Origin: Candidatus Delongbacteria bacterium
Lineage (GTDB): Bacteria; CAIWAD01
DNA length: 64,000 bases
Direction of reading: 5' to 3'
Assembly: GCA_963663545.1 (NCBI GenBank)
Contig: OY760505.1
Location: forward strand, 873,185 to 937,184
This document shows positions 32,430 to 42,581 of this stretch, one piece after another. Position numbers and translations under genes: made by a program. Position 1 is the stretch's first letter. Each line of letters begins with the position of its first letter. The notes below the pieces were generated by a model. That model was not told the origin of the DNA, made no database searches, and saw only the letters and a list, made by a program, of their open reading frames with translations.

Positions 32430-32488
32430 CCGTAATCCTCCTCTTTGCAGGGTAAAAGGGCGGCACCCCCGGCGCCGCCCACTCTGTG

Positions 32489-33667
32489 CTACATCAAACC
32501 CGCCTCGCGGTGTTTGGCGACGATTGCGTCCGCCAACTCTTCGAGGGCGTGATACGCTTCCTCGCGCGGCGCACCCTTGCAGGCAACGCCGGGCAGCGTA
32601 TCCAGCTTCAGGCCCGCCAGCAACGCACCAGCGTCGTCCATGCCCTTCTTGGACCAGCCGTAGGAGCCGACCATGGCGCAGAATTGCGTCTTGGGCTTCA
32701 GTGCATTGGCAATGGTCGCCGCGTAGGCAATCAGCGGATGCGGGCCGCCTAGCAGACTGGAGGCACCCACCACGATGGTCGCTGCGTCCACCAAGTGCAG
32801 AGCCAGTGCATCACCACTGGTCACTGTCAGATCCAGCAGGGCGACTTCTACACCCTGCCTGGTCAGTGCACCTGCCAGATGTTCGACCATGTGACGCACG
32901 CTGCCGTGCATCGAGACAAAGGGAAGCACAACCTTGTTGTGACACGGACCGGAAACCCAGTCGTGATACAAATCAAGGATGAACTTCGGGTTGTCATAGA
33001 CCGGACCGTGCGAAGGCGCGATGATCTTGAAATCCACTTCCGCCAGTTTATCCAGGTTCTTCTTGATGAACTTGGCGTAGGGCATCATGATCTCGGCGTA
33101 GTAGCGTTTGGCGGCGTCTTCCACTAAGGGTAGATTGCGCGCGTAGAGATCGGCACCGGCCACGTGTGATCCAAAAAAATCGCAGCTGAAGAGAATGCCT
33201 TCCTCTTCCAGCAGACTGACCATGGTCTCCGGCCAATGCACCCAAGGCGTATGGAAAAAGCGCAGCGTGCGATCGCCAAGGGAAAGTGTATCACCGTCCT
33301 CGACCACGTCAATGCGATCCGCATCCAGCGGCAGCAGATCCAGCAGCATATCCTTGCACTTGGGGCTGCAGATCACGCGCGCTTCAGGGTAACGCTCCAT
33401 GACCCAGGGTAGCGAGCCGGTGTGATCCTGCTCGGCATGGTGGGCGACGATGTAATCCAGCCGGGGCACATCGGCAAGCTGCTCAAGCAGATCTTCAAAC
33501 TTGGTGGGATCCACAGTTTCCAGCAGGGCCACCTTCTGGCTGCCGCGGATCAAATAGGAGTTGTAGCTCGTGCCGTGCGGAAGGGGCATCAGGGCGTCAA
33601 AAAGACTGCGATCCCAATCCTGGGCGCCGGCCCAGTCCACACGATCCGATATCGGACGTCGTTGCAT
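32489..33667 (-). CDS. flavodiiron protein (FprA-type: metallo-beta-lactamase domain plus flavodoxin domain)
   Basis: …GTSYNSYLIRGSQKVALLETV…HHAEQDHTGSL… aligns with the NorV/FprA N-terminus. Start set at ATG 33667 (GAGG upstream). Confidence 0.85.
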   Translation of the reverse strand: MQRRPISDRVDWAGAQDWDRSLFDALMPLPHGTSYNSYLIRGSQKVALLETVDPTKFEDLLEQLADVPRLDYIVAHHAEQDHTGSLPWVMERYPEARVICSPKCKDMLLDLLPLDADRIDVVEDGDTLSLGDRTLRFFHTPWVHWPETMVSLLEEEGILFSCDFFGSHVAGADLYARNLPLVEDAAKRYYAEIMMPYAKFIKKNLDKLAEVDFKIIAPSHGPVYDNPKFILDLYHDWVSGPCHNKVVLPFVSMHGSVRHMVEHLAGALTRQGVEVALLDLTVTSGDALALHLVDAATIVVGASSLLGGPHPLIAYAATIANALKPKTQFCAMVGSYGWSKKGMDDAGALLAGLKLDTLPGVACKGAPREEAYHALEELADAIVAKHREAGLM

Positions 33668-33757
33668 GCTAAACCTCAATACTAACGGGGGCCGCTCCCT
33701 GCGACCAGGCTTCAAAGGTAATGCATGCAGATCAAGGCGCGCCAGCGGGACGCGCCC

Positions 33758-35374
33758 TTAGTCGTGTTCCGGCTTGCCATCCAACGCTCGGCGAATGGCA
33801 TCGGCGTAGTGCGCCAAATTCACCGGCTTGCGCAGAATACGCAGTCCTTCGATGCGCGACATGCGATTCAAAGCCGCCGACTCCAGCTGTCCCGTGCAGA
33901 TCAGAATGGGCAATTGAGGTCGCAGCGTGCGCACCTCCTCAGCCAGCTCGTCGCCCGTCATGCCCGGCATGGTCAGATCGGTGAGCACCAGATCCACCGC
34001 ATCACGGTTTAGGTTGAACCAGGTCATGGCTTCGGCTGCATCGGTAAAGGCCACGACCTGATAGCCGAGTCGCTTCAACAGGCGCTGATAGAGGCGAACG
34101 ATGACGTCCTCGTCGTCCACCACCAGCAAGCGCTCGCCACCGCGCGGCATGTCCACATTGGAGTCGACCTGTGTATCACTGGCACTAGTCTGCAGGCAGG
34201 GCAGCTGAATGCGAAATGTAGTACCCACGCCAAGTTCGCTGTCCACCGTGATACGTCCCTGGTGACCGCTGATAATGCCGTGCACGACGGCAAGGCCAAG
34301 ACCGGTGCCCTTTCCCTGCTCCTTGGTCGTAAAATAGGGCTCGAAGATGCGCGACAGCAGTTCGGCAGGAATGCCCGTACCTGTATCACGCACTTTCAGC
34401 AGCACCCAGTCGGCGTCCTCTTCGTGCACCTTGTCCAGCACCAGCTCGATGCTTCCGCCCTGTTCCTCCAGCGCGTGGGCCGCATTGGTGCAGAGATTCA
34501 TCAGCACTTGGTGAATCTGCACAGGATCGCCCAGAATCATGTCGCCGGAGCGGTTGAGGCTCAGTCTCAGATCAATGGTGGAGGGCAGACTTGCCCGCAG
34601 CAGTTTGAAGACTTCCTTGGCTAGACTGGAAAGCAGCAGCGGTCGCAGTTCGCTCACATTCTGCCTGCCTAGCGAGAGGATCTGCTGAATCAGCTGTTTG
34701 GCGCGCAGGCTTGCGCTCAGAATCTGGCTCAGTCGCTCATCCTCGCCCTGCACCCGCTCCATGTGCAGTAATTCGGCATTGCCGATGATGGCCGCCAGAA
34801 TGTTGTTGAAGTCGTGGGCGATACCGGCAGCCAGGGTGCCGATGGCCTCCATCTTCTGGGAATGCCAGAGTTGCTGCTCCAGCTCTTTGCGCTCCGCTTC
34901 CATCCGCCAGCGTGCCCGCAGGTCGTGTATCACAAGCATGCCGTAGTATTGCTTGCGGTATTCCACCTTGCCCACCGTCAGTTCAACCGGAAGGTCGTTG
35001 CCGCTTTGCATTGGCAAGACAGCTTCGATGGTTATGCTGTGACGGCGACCGGGTTTGCCCTGATCCAGCCATTGACGCAGGCGTCGTGCCGTTTCCTCAT
35101 CCACCAGATCCATCAGCGTACAATCGCGAAGCTCATCGGCACTCCGCTCCAGCAGCGGCCCCATGGTCTGATTGAAATCCAGCAATCGGCCCGTGTTCAG
35201 GTCCAGCAGCGCAAGTCCTTCATGCGACTGATCCAGCAGAGCGCGAAATCGCTCCAGCTCGCCCAGTTGGCGCTTTAGCTGCGGGAAGTAGCTCTTTTGA
35301 ATCGATTGTTCGCCCAGACCAATGATGCGGTCACGCAGTTGCTCTCGATTCTTATGGTCAGCGGAGTCTCTCAT
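33758..35374 (-). CDS. hybrid sensor histidine kinase/response regulator (PAS-HisKA-HATPase-REC)
   Basis: H-box …[12 protein letters not shown]…, G-boxes, and a C-terminal receiver ([11 protein letters not shown]…[11 protein letters not shown]…). Confidence 0.85.
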   Translation of the reverse strand: MRDSADHKNREQLRDRIIGLGEQSIQKSYFPQLKRQLGELERFRALLDQSHEGLALLDLNTGRLLDFNQTMGPLLERSADELRDCTLMDLVDEETARRLRQWLDQGKPGRRHSITIEAVLPMQSGNDLPVELTVGKVEYRKQYYGMLVIHDLRARWRMEAERKELEQQLWHSQKMEAIGTLAAGIAHDFNNILAAIIGNAELLHMERVQGEDERLSQILSASLRAKQLIQQILSLGRQNVSELRPLLLSSLAKEVFKLLRASLPSTIDLRLSLNRSGDMILGDPVQIHQVLMNLCTNAAHALEEQGGSIELVLDKVHEEDADWVLLKVRDTGTGIPAELLSRIFEPYFTTKEQGKGTGLGLAVVHGIISGHQGRITVDSELGVGTTFRIQLPCLQTSASDTQVDSNVDMPRGGERLLVVDDEDVIVRLYQRLLKRLGYQVVAFTDAAEAMTWFNLNRDAVDLVLTDLTMPGMTGDELAEEVRTLRPQLPILICTGQLESAALNRMSRIEGLRILRKPVNLAHYADAIRRALDGKPEHD

Positions 35375-36536
35375 AGAGTTGTATCACGTCCTCTTGTTGC
35401 GGATTCCTGGGATTGGTCACCAGACACGGGTCGGCCAACGCAGCCCCGGCCAGTCTGGGCAGAAAATCCCGTTCCAGCTCGCTCAGGCTGCGATCAACAC
35501 CGACATCCTTGCGCAAATGATGAATGCTGGCGATCGCTTTGTCTACACTGCTGCCTGTACCCTCTTCCAACCAGGGCACACGGCTGCGCAGGTAGTCCAT
35601 GCGCGCTTCAATAGCAGGGCGGTTGAAATCGATTACGTGTTCCAGCAGCAGCGCGTTGCACTCGCCGTGGGGTAAATCCAGCAGGCCACCCAGCGCGTGT
35701 GCCATGGCGTGCACTAAGCCCAGGCTGGCATTGCTGAAAGCCAGTCCTGCATAAACGCTTGCCAGAAGCATGCGCGCACGCCACTCCTGGTTGCCGGGGT
35801 GATCCAGCGCCTGCCGCAGGCTTTCGCCCACGAGCTGAATGGCGACAATGGCGTTCTCGCTGGTGATGTGGCTGCGGGCGTTTGAACACCAGGCCTCGAT
35901 GGCGTGGGTCAGTGCGTCCAGTCCGGTACACGCTGTCAGATAGTCGGGCATGGAAACGGTCATCTGCGGATCCACCAGCGCGGCGTCCGGAATCACGGTT
36001 TTGGAGATGATGGCTTCCTTGACACGGGTCGTCGTGTTGTTGATAATGGCAAACTGCGAAAGCTCAGCCGCGGTACCGGATGTTGTGGGCAGACAAACCA
36101 AGGGTGGCGAAGGAATGGGCACCCGGTCCACGCCGGTGTAATCGAGGATGTGGCCGCCATTGCTGGCCACCACACCAATGCACTTGGCGCAATCCATTGG
36201 ACTTCCGCCGCCGAGAGCGACAATGCCGTCCGCGCCCGTGTCGGCAAAGACCTTCACTCCTTCCATCACCTCAAAATCGCGCGGATTGGCACTGACCTTG
36301 TCGAACACATCCGCACTGATACCCGCTTTGCGTAGATGGGCCAGAACCTCGTCCACCATGCCGGTTTGACGCACACCCTCATCCGTGACCAACAGGACGT
36401 GATTCAGCCCCAGGTTGTGGCAATAGCGGCCGCTTAGTTCGGCTGCACCCGCACCGAAGACAAACTCGGGCGCCACAAATTTACGCAGCTCGAGCAGCTC
36501 GCGGGTTTCTCCGGGATTCTTTGCTCCAGTGGGCAT
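35358..36536 (-). CDS. iron-containing alcohol dehydrogenase
   Basis: Fe-ADH family signature …GGGSPMDCAKCIGVV… and overall similarity. Confidence 0.85.
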   Translation of the reverse strand: MPTGAKNPGETRELLELRKFVAPEFVFGAGAAELSGRYCHNLGLNHVLLVTDEGVRQTGMVDEVLAHLRKAGISADVFDKVSANPRDFEVMEGVKVFADTGADGIVALGGGSPMDCAKCIGVVASNGGHILDYTGVDRVPIPSPPLVCLPTTSGTAAELSQFAIINNTTTRVKEAIISKTVIPDAALVDPQMTVSMPDYLTACTGLDALTHAIEAWCSNARSHITSENAIVAIQLVGESLRQALDHPGNQEWRARMLLASVYAGLAFSNASLGLVHAMAHALGGLLDLPHGECNALLLEHVIDFNRPAIEARMDYLRSRVPWLEEGTGSSVDKAIASIHHLRKDVGVDRSLSELERDFLPRLAGAALADPCLVTNPRNPQQEDVIQLYERLR

Positions 36537-36737
36537 GAGCTTCCACCTCTCCTTGAGTCCTGGGCGTGGCCCGGACCAATCTCGCGCGGGCGGTTCTCCC
36601 GTTACGAATGCCCTGCGCGCACGTCAAAGCTACCCCTGCTATCGGCAATAGTAGCCATAGTATTGAACAGCGTCAATCATGAGCTGCTGGAGTTCTCGCT
36701 CTATGCAAACTCAGTCTGAACAGGCGCATGTCGGCCC

Positions 36738-38726
36738 TCAGTCCAGACAGATCACACGATAAAACGAAAGCGGACCCTCGAGCGAAAGAAGAAGTTCGGT
36801 GGAGGTAGTGAGGGTCAAGGGAAGCCAGGGTCCGTAAGCCGACTCGGCAATTTCAACACGATAGGCATGTGCAACACTCAGCGGCTGCCACTGCAAAAAC
36901 AAGCTCCCGCCGTTTAGGGAAAGATGCAACTCCGGCGCAGGCGGGGCCAGGCGGCGCAGACAGTCGAGCACCGGCAGGCCGCGCCCCAAGGCGTCAAAGT
37001 GCGAAAGGTTTTCATGCCCAGTACAAAGAGCGGAGGCCTGGACCGCTGGCTCCCAGAAACAGAAGCCCAAACCAAGGCCATTGGGCAGAGTGCGTATCAG
37101 CTCCAGCACATCGCCAGCCAAGGCCGCTTGCCCAATTGGCGTAGCCGGATACCCCGACAGCAACTGGCTTTCCAGCCCGACAATGTTGCCGCAGTCGTCC
37201 CACCAGCCTAGCGAGAAGGGATAGGCGTGTTCGACCACCAGCAGGCGCTTGCCGTAGCGCGTGGCCAGGTCGCTGAGATTGGCACTCAACGCAGCCAGAT
37301 CACCGTGCCACCAGGGATACCAGGAAAGCGCAATGACGTCGAAGTCGCACAGAGGCGAAAGACTGTCGATGAAGTGACGCACAAGCTCATTCTGCCCGCC
37401 AGCCGCCAAGTGCAGCAGTAGTTGTGGACGGTGCTCGCCGTCGCAGACCGCGTCCACACCCGCCATGGCATGCAGCAGCAGATTGGAGAGTGACGCCCAC
37501 TGCGCAGGCGTGTCCTGCTGCACACTGCCCGCTGGCCAGAGCATGCCTCCGTTGATCTCGTTCCCCAGCTGCAGATACTGCGGTAGACAGTCCGCGTTGG
37601 CAAAAGCGCTGAGCACATCGGCGGTGTAAGCCTCCACCGAATCCGCCAGCGTCGCTTCGTCCAGGCCTTGCCAGACAGCGGGCGGCGTTTGTTGTCCCGG
37701 ATCAGCCCATGTATCACTGTAGTGCAAATCAAGTAGCAATTGAAAACCAAGTGACCGGGCGCGCAGCGCATGAGCCAGTGTGCTATCCAGACCCTGCCAG
37801 GCTTCAGCGGGTGTGTGCCACAAACGCAGACGCAGCAAATTGAAATCATGTCGCCGATAGATCACTTCGGCGCTGCTGGCGCTGCCCAGGCTGTCACTCC
37901 AGCTCGCGCCGGCAGCCTCCATTTGCGGGCCCCAGGAATTATCCAGGCCCAACAAGAGCTGGTCGACCGGTGTTACAGCACCGCTGCTTCCGAAACGCAC
38001 CTCGACGGAGGCCAGCTCCAGTAGCCCGTTTCCGTCTTCGTCCATCTCGCCGCAGGTGCGCCGAAGCTCACGATCATCGCCACTTTCCCACACCACAGTC
38101 TCTGGATCGTCGCGGTCTTCGAGCACCAGCTTCCAGGGTTGAGTTGTGCCACTCAGCGAGTCCAGTTCGAGCTGCAAGTGATACAACTCTCCCGCCAGCG
38201 ACTCGAACTGCGGTCCCGGTCCCCAGCTGCCCATTCCAGGATGGGCACCGCGCAGGGTCAGCGCCTGTAGCGCCGGATCAAAGAGCCCGGTGATACGCGC
38301 GCTTGTCATGTCGGCGAGTATTTCTACTTCCACAGCGGCTACCGGGCACGCCAGGCTATCGTCATTGAACCATACACTCGGTAATTGTAGCTCATCGTCC
38401 TGGGCATAAAAGCTACGGTTTGCACCTTCCTCCCAGAGTAGTTCCTGCCCGTCGTGGATCACAAATTTGTATTCGTGCGCTCCTTGTGACAGCTCTATGC
38501 TTCCGTGATACAGGCTGTCACCCGTAGTCCACAGACCTTGCCCTTCCCAGCCGGACCAGTCGCCATGAACACAGACAGAGTCCGTTGCCGGGTTAAAAAG
38601 CCCGTTCTGTGCTGCCACAGCCATCTGCAATTCAAAGTGAACCGTAGTGCAAAGGGCCACCTTCATACAGGCCAGTATGCAAAGTAGGCGTATCACGACA
38701 GCACCACTCCAGTAATCCAATGCCAC
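36738..38726 (-). CDS. GH53 arabinogalactan endo-beta-1,4-galactanase with N-terminal CBM-like domain and C-terminal Fn3-like domain
   Basis: GH53 signatures DLHYSDTWADPG and LQLGNEINGG. N-terminal …GDWSGWEG…HEYKFVI… is starch/CBM-like. The C-terminal 60 aa resemble the C-terminus of the S8 protease. Confidence 0.85.
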   Translation of the reverse strand: MALDYWSGAVVIRLLCILACMKVALCTTVHFELQMAVAAQNGLFNPATDSVCVHGDWSGWEGQGLWTTGDSLYHGSIELSQGAHEYKFVIHDGQELLWEEGANRSFYAQDDELQLPSVWFNDDSLACPVAAVEVEILADMTSARITGLFDPALQALTLRGAHPGMGSWGPGPQFESLAGELYHLQLELDSLSGTTQPWKLVLEDRDDPETVVWESGDDRELRRTCGEMDEDGNGLLELASVEVRFGSSGAVTPVDQLLLGLDNSWGPQMEAAGASWSDSLGSASSAEVIYRRHDFNLLRLRLWHTPAEAWQGLDSTLAHALRARSLGFQLLLDLHYSDTWADPGQQTPPAVWQGLDEATLADSVEAYTADVLSAFANADCLPQYLQLGNEINGGMLWPAGSVQQDTPAQWASLSNLLLHAMAGVDAVCDGEHRPQLLLHLAAGGQNELVRHFIDSLSPLCDFDVIALSWYPWWHGDLAALSANLSDLATRYGKRLLVVEHAYPFSLGWWDDCGNIVGLESQLLSGYPATPIGQAALAGDVLELIRTLPNGLGLGFCFWEPAVQASALCTGHENLSHFDALGRGLPVLDCLRRLAPPAPELHLSLNGGSLFLQWQPLSVAHAYRVEIAESAYGPWLPLTLTTSTELLLSLEGPLSFYRVICLD

Positions 38727-39607
38727 ATCGGCAGTGTTACAAGTGACAGCACAATGCCCACACCCGCCAGTGAAGCCGCCAGCTCGGGTTCCAGATCCGC
38801 TTCAGCCGCCAGTACACTGGCGGTTACCATGGCGGGCATGCCAGCCTGAAACACGCTGATCTGAGCGGGAAGGCCTTGCCAACCAAAGAGCAGGCAGTAC
38901 AGAAGACAGAGCGCCGGAACCACCAGCAGCTTCAAGCCCAGCCCCAGTGCCAGCATGCGTTTGCGGCCTTTGGCCAGACGCAGTTTGAGCTGCAAGCCAA
39001 CGGCAAACATCACCACCGGCACCATAGAATTCTCGGCCAGCTCGAGCACTTCCGCGATGGGTCCCGGCCATTGGTGACCGCGCATTGCCAAGCCGATGAG
39101 TAGCGCAACAAAGGGTGGAAAGGTGAAAATGCGACGCAGCAGCAGCAGCGCTGTCGGTCGCTGTTCGCCCGAATAGTACGCGGAGGCCATGGTCGCGTAA
39201 ATGCTGACCCCCAGGAAGGACCCCAGCTGGTCGTAGAGCAGCGCCGGTAGCAGGTTGTCCGGACCGTACCAGACACGCGTCATCGGAATGCCCAGGAAAC
39301 CCGTGTTGCCCAGTGGTACAACCAGCATCAGTGCGCCTGTGACACTGCGCGGTAATTTGAGCATGCGTGATACAAGCCAGACCAGCAGAACCGATCCTGC
39401 CTGTGTCATCCAGGCAGCGATCACCGGCGTCAGCATGCCGGATTCCAACTCCAGCCCGGGCATCTTGTGCATCACCAGCGCGGGCAGGGAAACCCAGATC
39501 ACGAAGCGGTTCAGGGTCTGCGCACTCTGCGGCAGAAAAGTGCCGGACACGCGTAGCGCCTTTCCCAGGCCAATCAGTGCGAGGATGAGTAGAAAGGTGG
39601 CGATGAT
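38693..39607 (-). CDS. AEC-family (auxin efflux carrier-like) transporter; start codon uncertain, probably non-AUG
   Basis: The table ORF starts at a GTG inside the conserved N-terminus. The upstream frame stays open to a TGA at 39656-39658 with no ATG. It encodes …IIATFLLILALIGLGKALRVSGTFL…, typical of AEC N-termini. AGAGGAGAG is followed 5 nt later by ATC at 39607. Confidence 0.65.
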   Translation of the reverse strand: MIATFLLILALIGLGKALRVSGTFLPQSAQTLNRFVIWVSLPALVMHKMPGLELESGMLTPVIAAWMTQAGSVLLVWLVSRMLKLPRSVTGALMLVVPLGNTGFLGIPMTRVWYGPDNLLPALLYDQLGSFLGVSIYATMASAYYSGEQRPTALLLLRRIFTFPPFVALLIGLAMRGHQWPGPIAEVLELAENSMVPVVMFAVGLQLKLRLAKGRKRMLALGLGLKLLVVPALCLLYCLLFGWQGLPAQISVFQAGMPAMVTASVLAAEADLEPELAASLAGVGIVLSLVTLPMWHWITGVVLS

Positions 39608-39618
39608 CGGCTCTCCTC

Positions 39619-40539
39619 TTACTTGGCCCTGCTTCCCAGTAGAAATCGGATAGGCTCATCGATGCGCGCAGACCAGGAGCGTTCGGAGTGCTCGTGTCCA
39701 GGATAGTGGCGGTTGGTGAAGTCACGATCGGGCACCCAACCCATGTGCATCAGGGCCAGGTTGGCGCGCATCTGGTACGGCAGATAGGCCGCATCCAGCG
39801 TTTGATCACCATGATCGAAATACAGACGACGCCCCTGCGGCTCTTGTGGATGCTGCTCGAGGAAGTTGACCAATGCGCCATCGCCAGCAGGCCAGTGCGT
39901 GGAGACACAAGCGGCGGCTCCGTAAATCTGCGGCCTCTGCCACAGCGCGTAACACGAGATCAAGCCACCCATGCTGCTGCCGAGGAGCCAGGTGTGCTCA
40001 CGATCAGGCAGTGTACGCCAATGCTCGTCCACCCACGGTTTCAGGATCTCGCTCATCCAGACGAGGTAGGCGTTTCCCTCCATCGGCTGATAGCGTTGCA
40101 GGTCCTGCTGGCCCGTTTCCGTTGTGATACAACACTCAAGCGCCTCTTGCGGGGTCAACTCCTGCAATCGCTTCGGTGTGTTACAAATGCCGACAACGAT
40201 GGGAACCAGCTCACCTGCAGCAGAAAAGCGGTTGAGACACTCATCAAGCTGCCATTCCACTCCGATGAAGCTGCTGTCCGCGATGAACAGATTCTGGGCA
40301 TCCTGTGCGTACAGAACGGGCCAGTGTTTGTCGGGCTGCTGCTCATAGCCTGGAGGTAGCCAGATCATCAGGGGGCGTGGATCGATATCCCTGAAAGGCG
40401 CATTTGTGATGTAGAGCAGTGTGTCGCTGGAAGTCTGTGTCACACCGGGGTCCTCCGGCGTCTTCGCGCAGACTTGCAGCGAAAGTACAACTCCGGTCAG
40501 CAGGTAGAGCAGGGCTCGGGAATAAAGCGGAGCCATCAT
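39619..40539 (-). CDS. secreted esterase (alpha/beta hydrolase, putative-esterase family)
   Basis: Signal peptide, GSSMGG nucleophile elbow, esterase-family layout. Confidence 0.8.
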   Translation of the reverse strand: MMAPLYSRALLYLLTGVVLSLQVCAKTPEDPGVTQTSSDTLLYITNAPFRDIDPRPLMIWLPPGYEQQPDKHWPVLYAQDAQNLFIADSSFIGVEWQLDECLNRFSAAGELVPIVVGICNTPKRLQELTPQEALECCITTETGQQDLQRYQPMEGNAYLVWMSEILKPWVDEHWRTLPDREHTWLLGSSMGGLISCYALWQRPQIYGAAACVSTHWPAGDGALVNFLEQHPQEPQGRRLYFDHGDQTLDAAYLPYQMRANLALMHMGWVPDRDFTNRHYPGHEHSERSWSARIDEPIRFLLGSRAK

Positions 40540-41240
40540 GCAACAGTCCTTTCGTATTGCAGGGCATTGCCCTCCTTACCGGCAATGCTGAGCAGATCCA
40601 GTTTACGCAGACAGTAGCAGACTTGCTGCGACAAGCGTCTGCTGCAAGCAAGCGCCTGCGCCAGTTCCTTGGTGCCAAAGGGCTCCTTCAACCCGGTCGG
40701 CAACAAGGCCAGCAGATCGACAGGATCGGCGAAGATGTGACTGCGCTCGATTGAAAGCAGACGACGTTCAACCACTTCCCAGCCACCACGACGCCGGCAA
40801 CGCTTGCTGGTACTGGGCCTGCGCACTTCTTCCTCGTGAATCAAGAGCACTTGCAGACGAAAATTCTGCTCGGCCAGCAACTCCGGTGCCGCCACCAATT
40901 CGCGACACACTGAAATCAGCTCATCGTGCAGAGGACTACGACGTCGGCTCAGCTCCTTGCCGGATTCGTCCTCGCGAACGATGACACGCTCGGCGGCCAG
41001 CGGCATCACAACACGCACGACGTGATTCGGCAGGAGGCGTGCCAGTTTGCGCCGCATCTGCCCCAGACCGCGCGTCTGAACCTCAATCAGTTCTCCGTCG
41101 CGCAGAATGTCGATCACATGCCCGTCCAGCGGTTGTTCAAACAAGTCACCGCGCACGGCCAACCACTGCTTCAACGACGAGTGCAAGCCTCGTTCATTCA
41201 GGGTGCCAATCAAGGGGCTATCTGCAGTGGCACGTGTCAC
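40536..41240 (-). CDS. hypothetical protein, possible PD-(D/E)xK-like nuclease fold with C-terminal winged helix
   Basis: GTG start at 41240 overlaps the upstream stop (GTGA) and follows GGAGGA. Has …GTLNERGLHSSLKQW…HVIDILRDGELIEVQTR…. Family not identified. Confidence 0.45.
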   Translation of the reverse strand: MTRATADSPLIGTLNERGLHSSLKQWLAVRGDLFEQPLDGHVIDILRDGELIEVQTRGLGQMRRKLARLLPNHVVRVVMPLAAERVIVREDESGKELSRRRSPLHDELISVCRELVAAPELLAEQNFRLQVLLIHEEEVRRPSTSKRCRRRGGWEVVERRLLSIERSHIFADPVDLLALLPTGLKEPFGTKELAQALACSRRLSQQVCYCLRKLDLLSIAGKEGNALQYERTVA

Positions 41241-42508
41241 GCATTCCTCCGCGAAAAATCGGGATCGTGTATCACACAGGCGCTTGCTGCTGCACGACCG
41301 GCCATGGTCCCTGAGGACCAAGCCCATTGCAGATTGAAGCCGCCCTCGCGGCCGTCGACGTCCAGCATCTCGCCGCAGAGGTACAGGCCGGGCTGGTCCT
41401 TCAACTCCAGGCTCTTCAAACTGCAAGCCGAAAGTGGAACTCCTCCTGCGGTGACTTTGGCCACACTCCAGCCCAGATCGCTGCGCAACGGGAGTTCACC
41501 CGCGCTAAGCTCCTCGTACAGGCGCCTGCGTTGCTCGCGCTTCAGTTGACTCCCCTGTTGAGTGGATTCCAGTCCGGCCAACCTCAGCAGACAGTCCAGC
41601 AGGCGCGCAGGCAGAAGACCGTCCAGCTGGGCTGCCAGGGATTTTGCCCCTTGCAGACGCTGTTCCAGATCCTCGCGGTCCAGGAGGCACCAGCGCGTGC
41701 GTATCACGGCATGTTCTCCGCGCGAACGTGACACAAGCACATGGCGGCTGAGATCAAGCACGGCAGGCCCGGAGGCGCCCTGATGCGTCAGTAGCAGTGG
41801 ACCCCTGCTGCGAGCCAACACTTTACCGCTCGCCAAAACAAGGCTGAGCTCGACCTCCTGTGTCACACCGGAAAGCGTAGTCAGCGGATGTCGCGCTGGC
41901 AAGCGAAAGGGCACAAGTCCTGGTAACAAAGGTTCGTTCAGCGGGAGCTTGAGTTGGCGCAAGAAGCCGAAAGCCTTCCCATCACTTCCCGTGCGTGGCA
42001 GGCTGCATCCACCACAGGCCAGAATGACTCTCTGAGCGCTGTAGTCACCGTTACTGCATCGTAGTACGAAACCACCCGCCACGGGCAGTACTTGTAACAC
42101 GCATTCCTCGAAGAGCAAGCGCACTCCGGCAGCACGCGCCTGCTTCAATAGGGCATTCAATACGTCGCCGGCTCGGTCGCTCGTGGGAAAGAGCTTGCCC
42201 GCGTCCTCCTCATAGCAGTCGACGCCGGACTCGGCAAAGAAGCGCAGGGTTTGCTCGACCGTCAGAGCGCGTAACACGCGGTCGATTTCTTTGGGTTCGG
42301 CCCCCGCGAAATCCGCAGGGCGTACGATGGTGTTGCTAAGATTACAGCGCCCGCCGCCGCTGAGCAGCAGTTTGCGTCCGGGTCGCGGGCCGCGCTCCAG
42401 TACCGTGACACGACACCCCGGTTGCTGACGAGCCGCCTGAATGGCCGCCATCAGTCCGGCTGGACCGGCTCCGACCACGAAAAGGCCGGGTTCATTCCTC
42501 GTACACAT
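41237..42508 (-). CDS. HI0933-like (YhiN/aminoacetone-oxidase family) FAD-binding flavoprotein
   Basis: Start set at MCTRNEPGLFVVGAGPAGLMAA… (ATG 42508). GxGxxG dinucleotide motif and family-wide similarity (…LLSGGGRCN…). Confidence 0.85.
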   Translation of the reverse strand: MCTRNEPGLFVVGAGPAGLMAAIQAARQQPGCRVTVLERGPRPGRKLLLSGGGRCNLSNTIVRPADFAGAEPKEIDRVLRALTVEQTLRFFAESGVDCYEEDAGKLFPTSDRAGDVLNALLKQARAAGVRLLFEECVLQVLPVAGGFVLRCSNGDYSAQRVILACGGCSLPRTGSDGKAFGFLRQLKLPLNEPLLPGLVPFRLPARHPLTTLSGVTQEVELSLVLASGKVLARSRGPLLLTHQGASGPAVLDLSRHVLVSRSRGEHAVIRTRWCLLDREDLEQRLQGAKSLAAQLDGLLPARLLDCLLRLAGLESTQQGSQLKREQRRRLYEELSAGELPLRSDLGWSVAKVTAGGVPLSACSLKSLELKDQPGLYLCGEMLDVDGREGGFNLQWAWSSGTMAGRAAASACVIHDPDFSRRNA

Positions 42509-42581
42509 TCGCGCTCCCACAAGGCAGAGAAAGGGGACGACGGAAAAACCGCCGCCCCCATCAACAAACTTCAAGCTACAA

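Noticed and set aside
36738-36900. Possible T9SS C-terminal domain on the GH53 enzyme and the S8 protease
   Set aside because: Their tails lack the PNPFNP…K/R-terminal Por-tail pattern that is obvious on the three paralogs. They look Fn3-like instead, and are reported separately as a shared module.
38802-39725. 307-aa minus-strand ORF overlapping the AEC transporter in another frame
   Set aside because: Pro/Arg/Ala-rich nonsense translation. The AEC frame has clear family similarity and TM periodicity.
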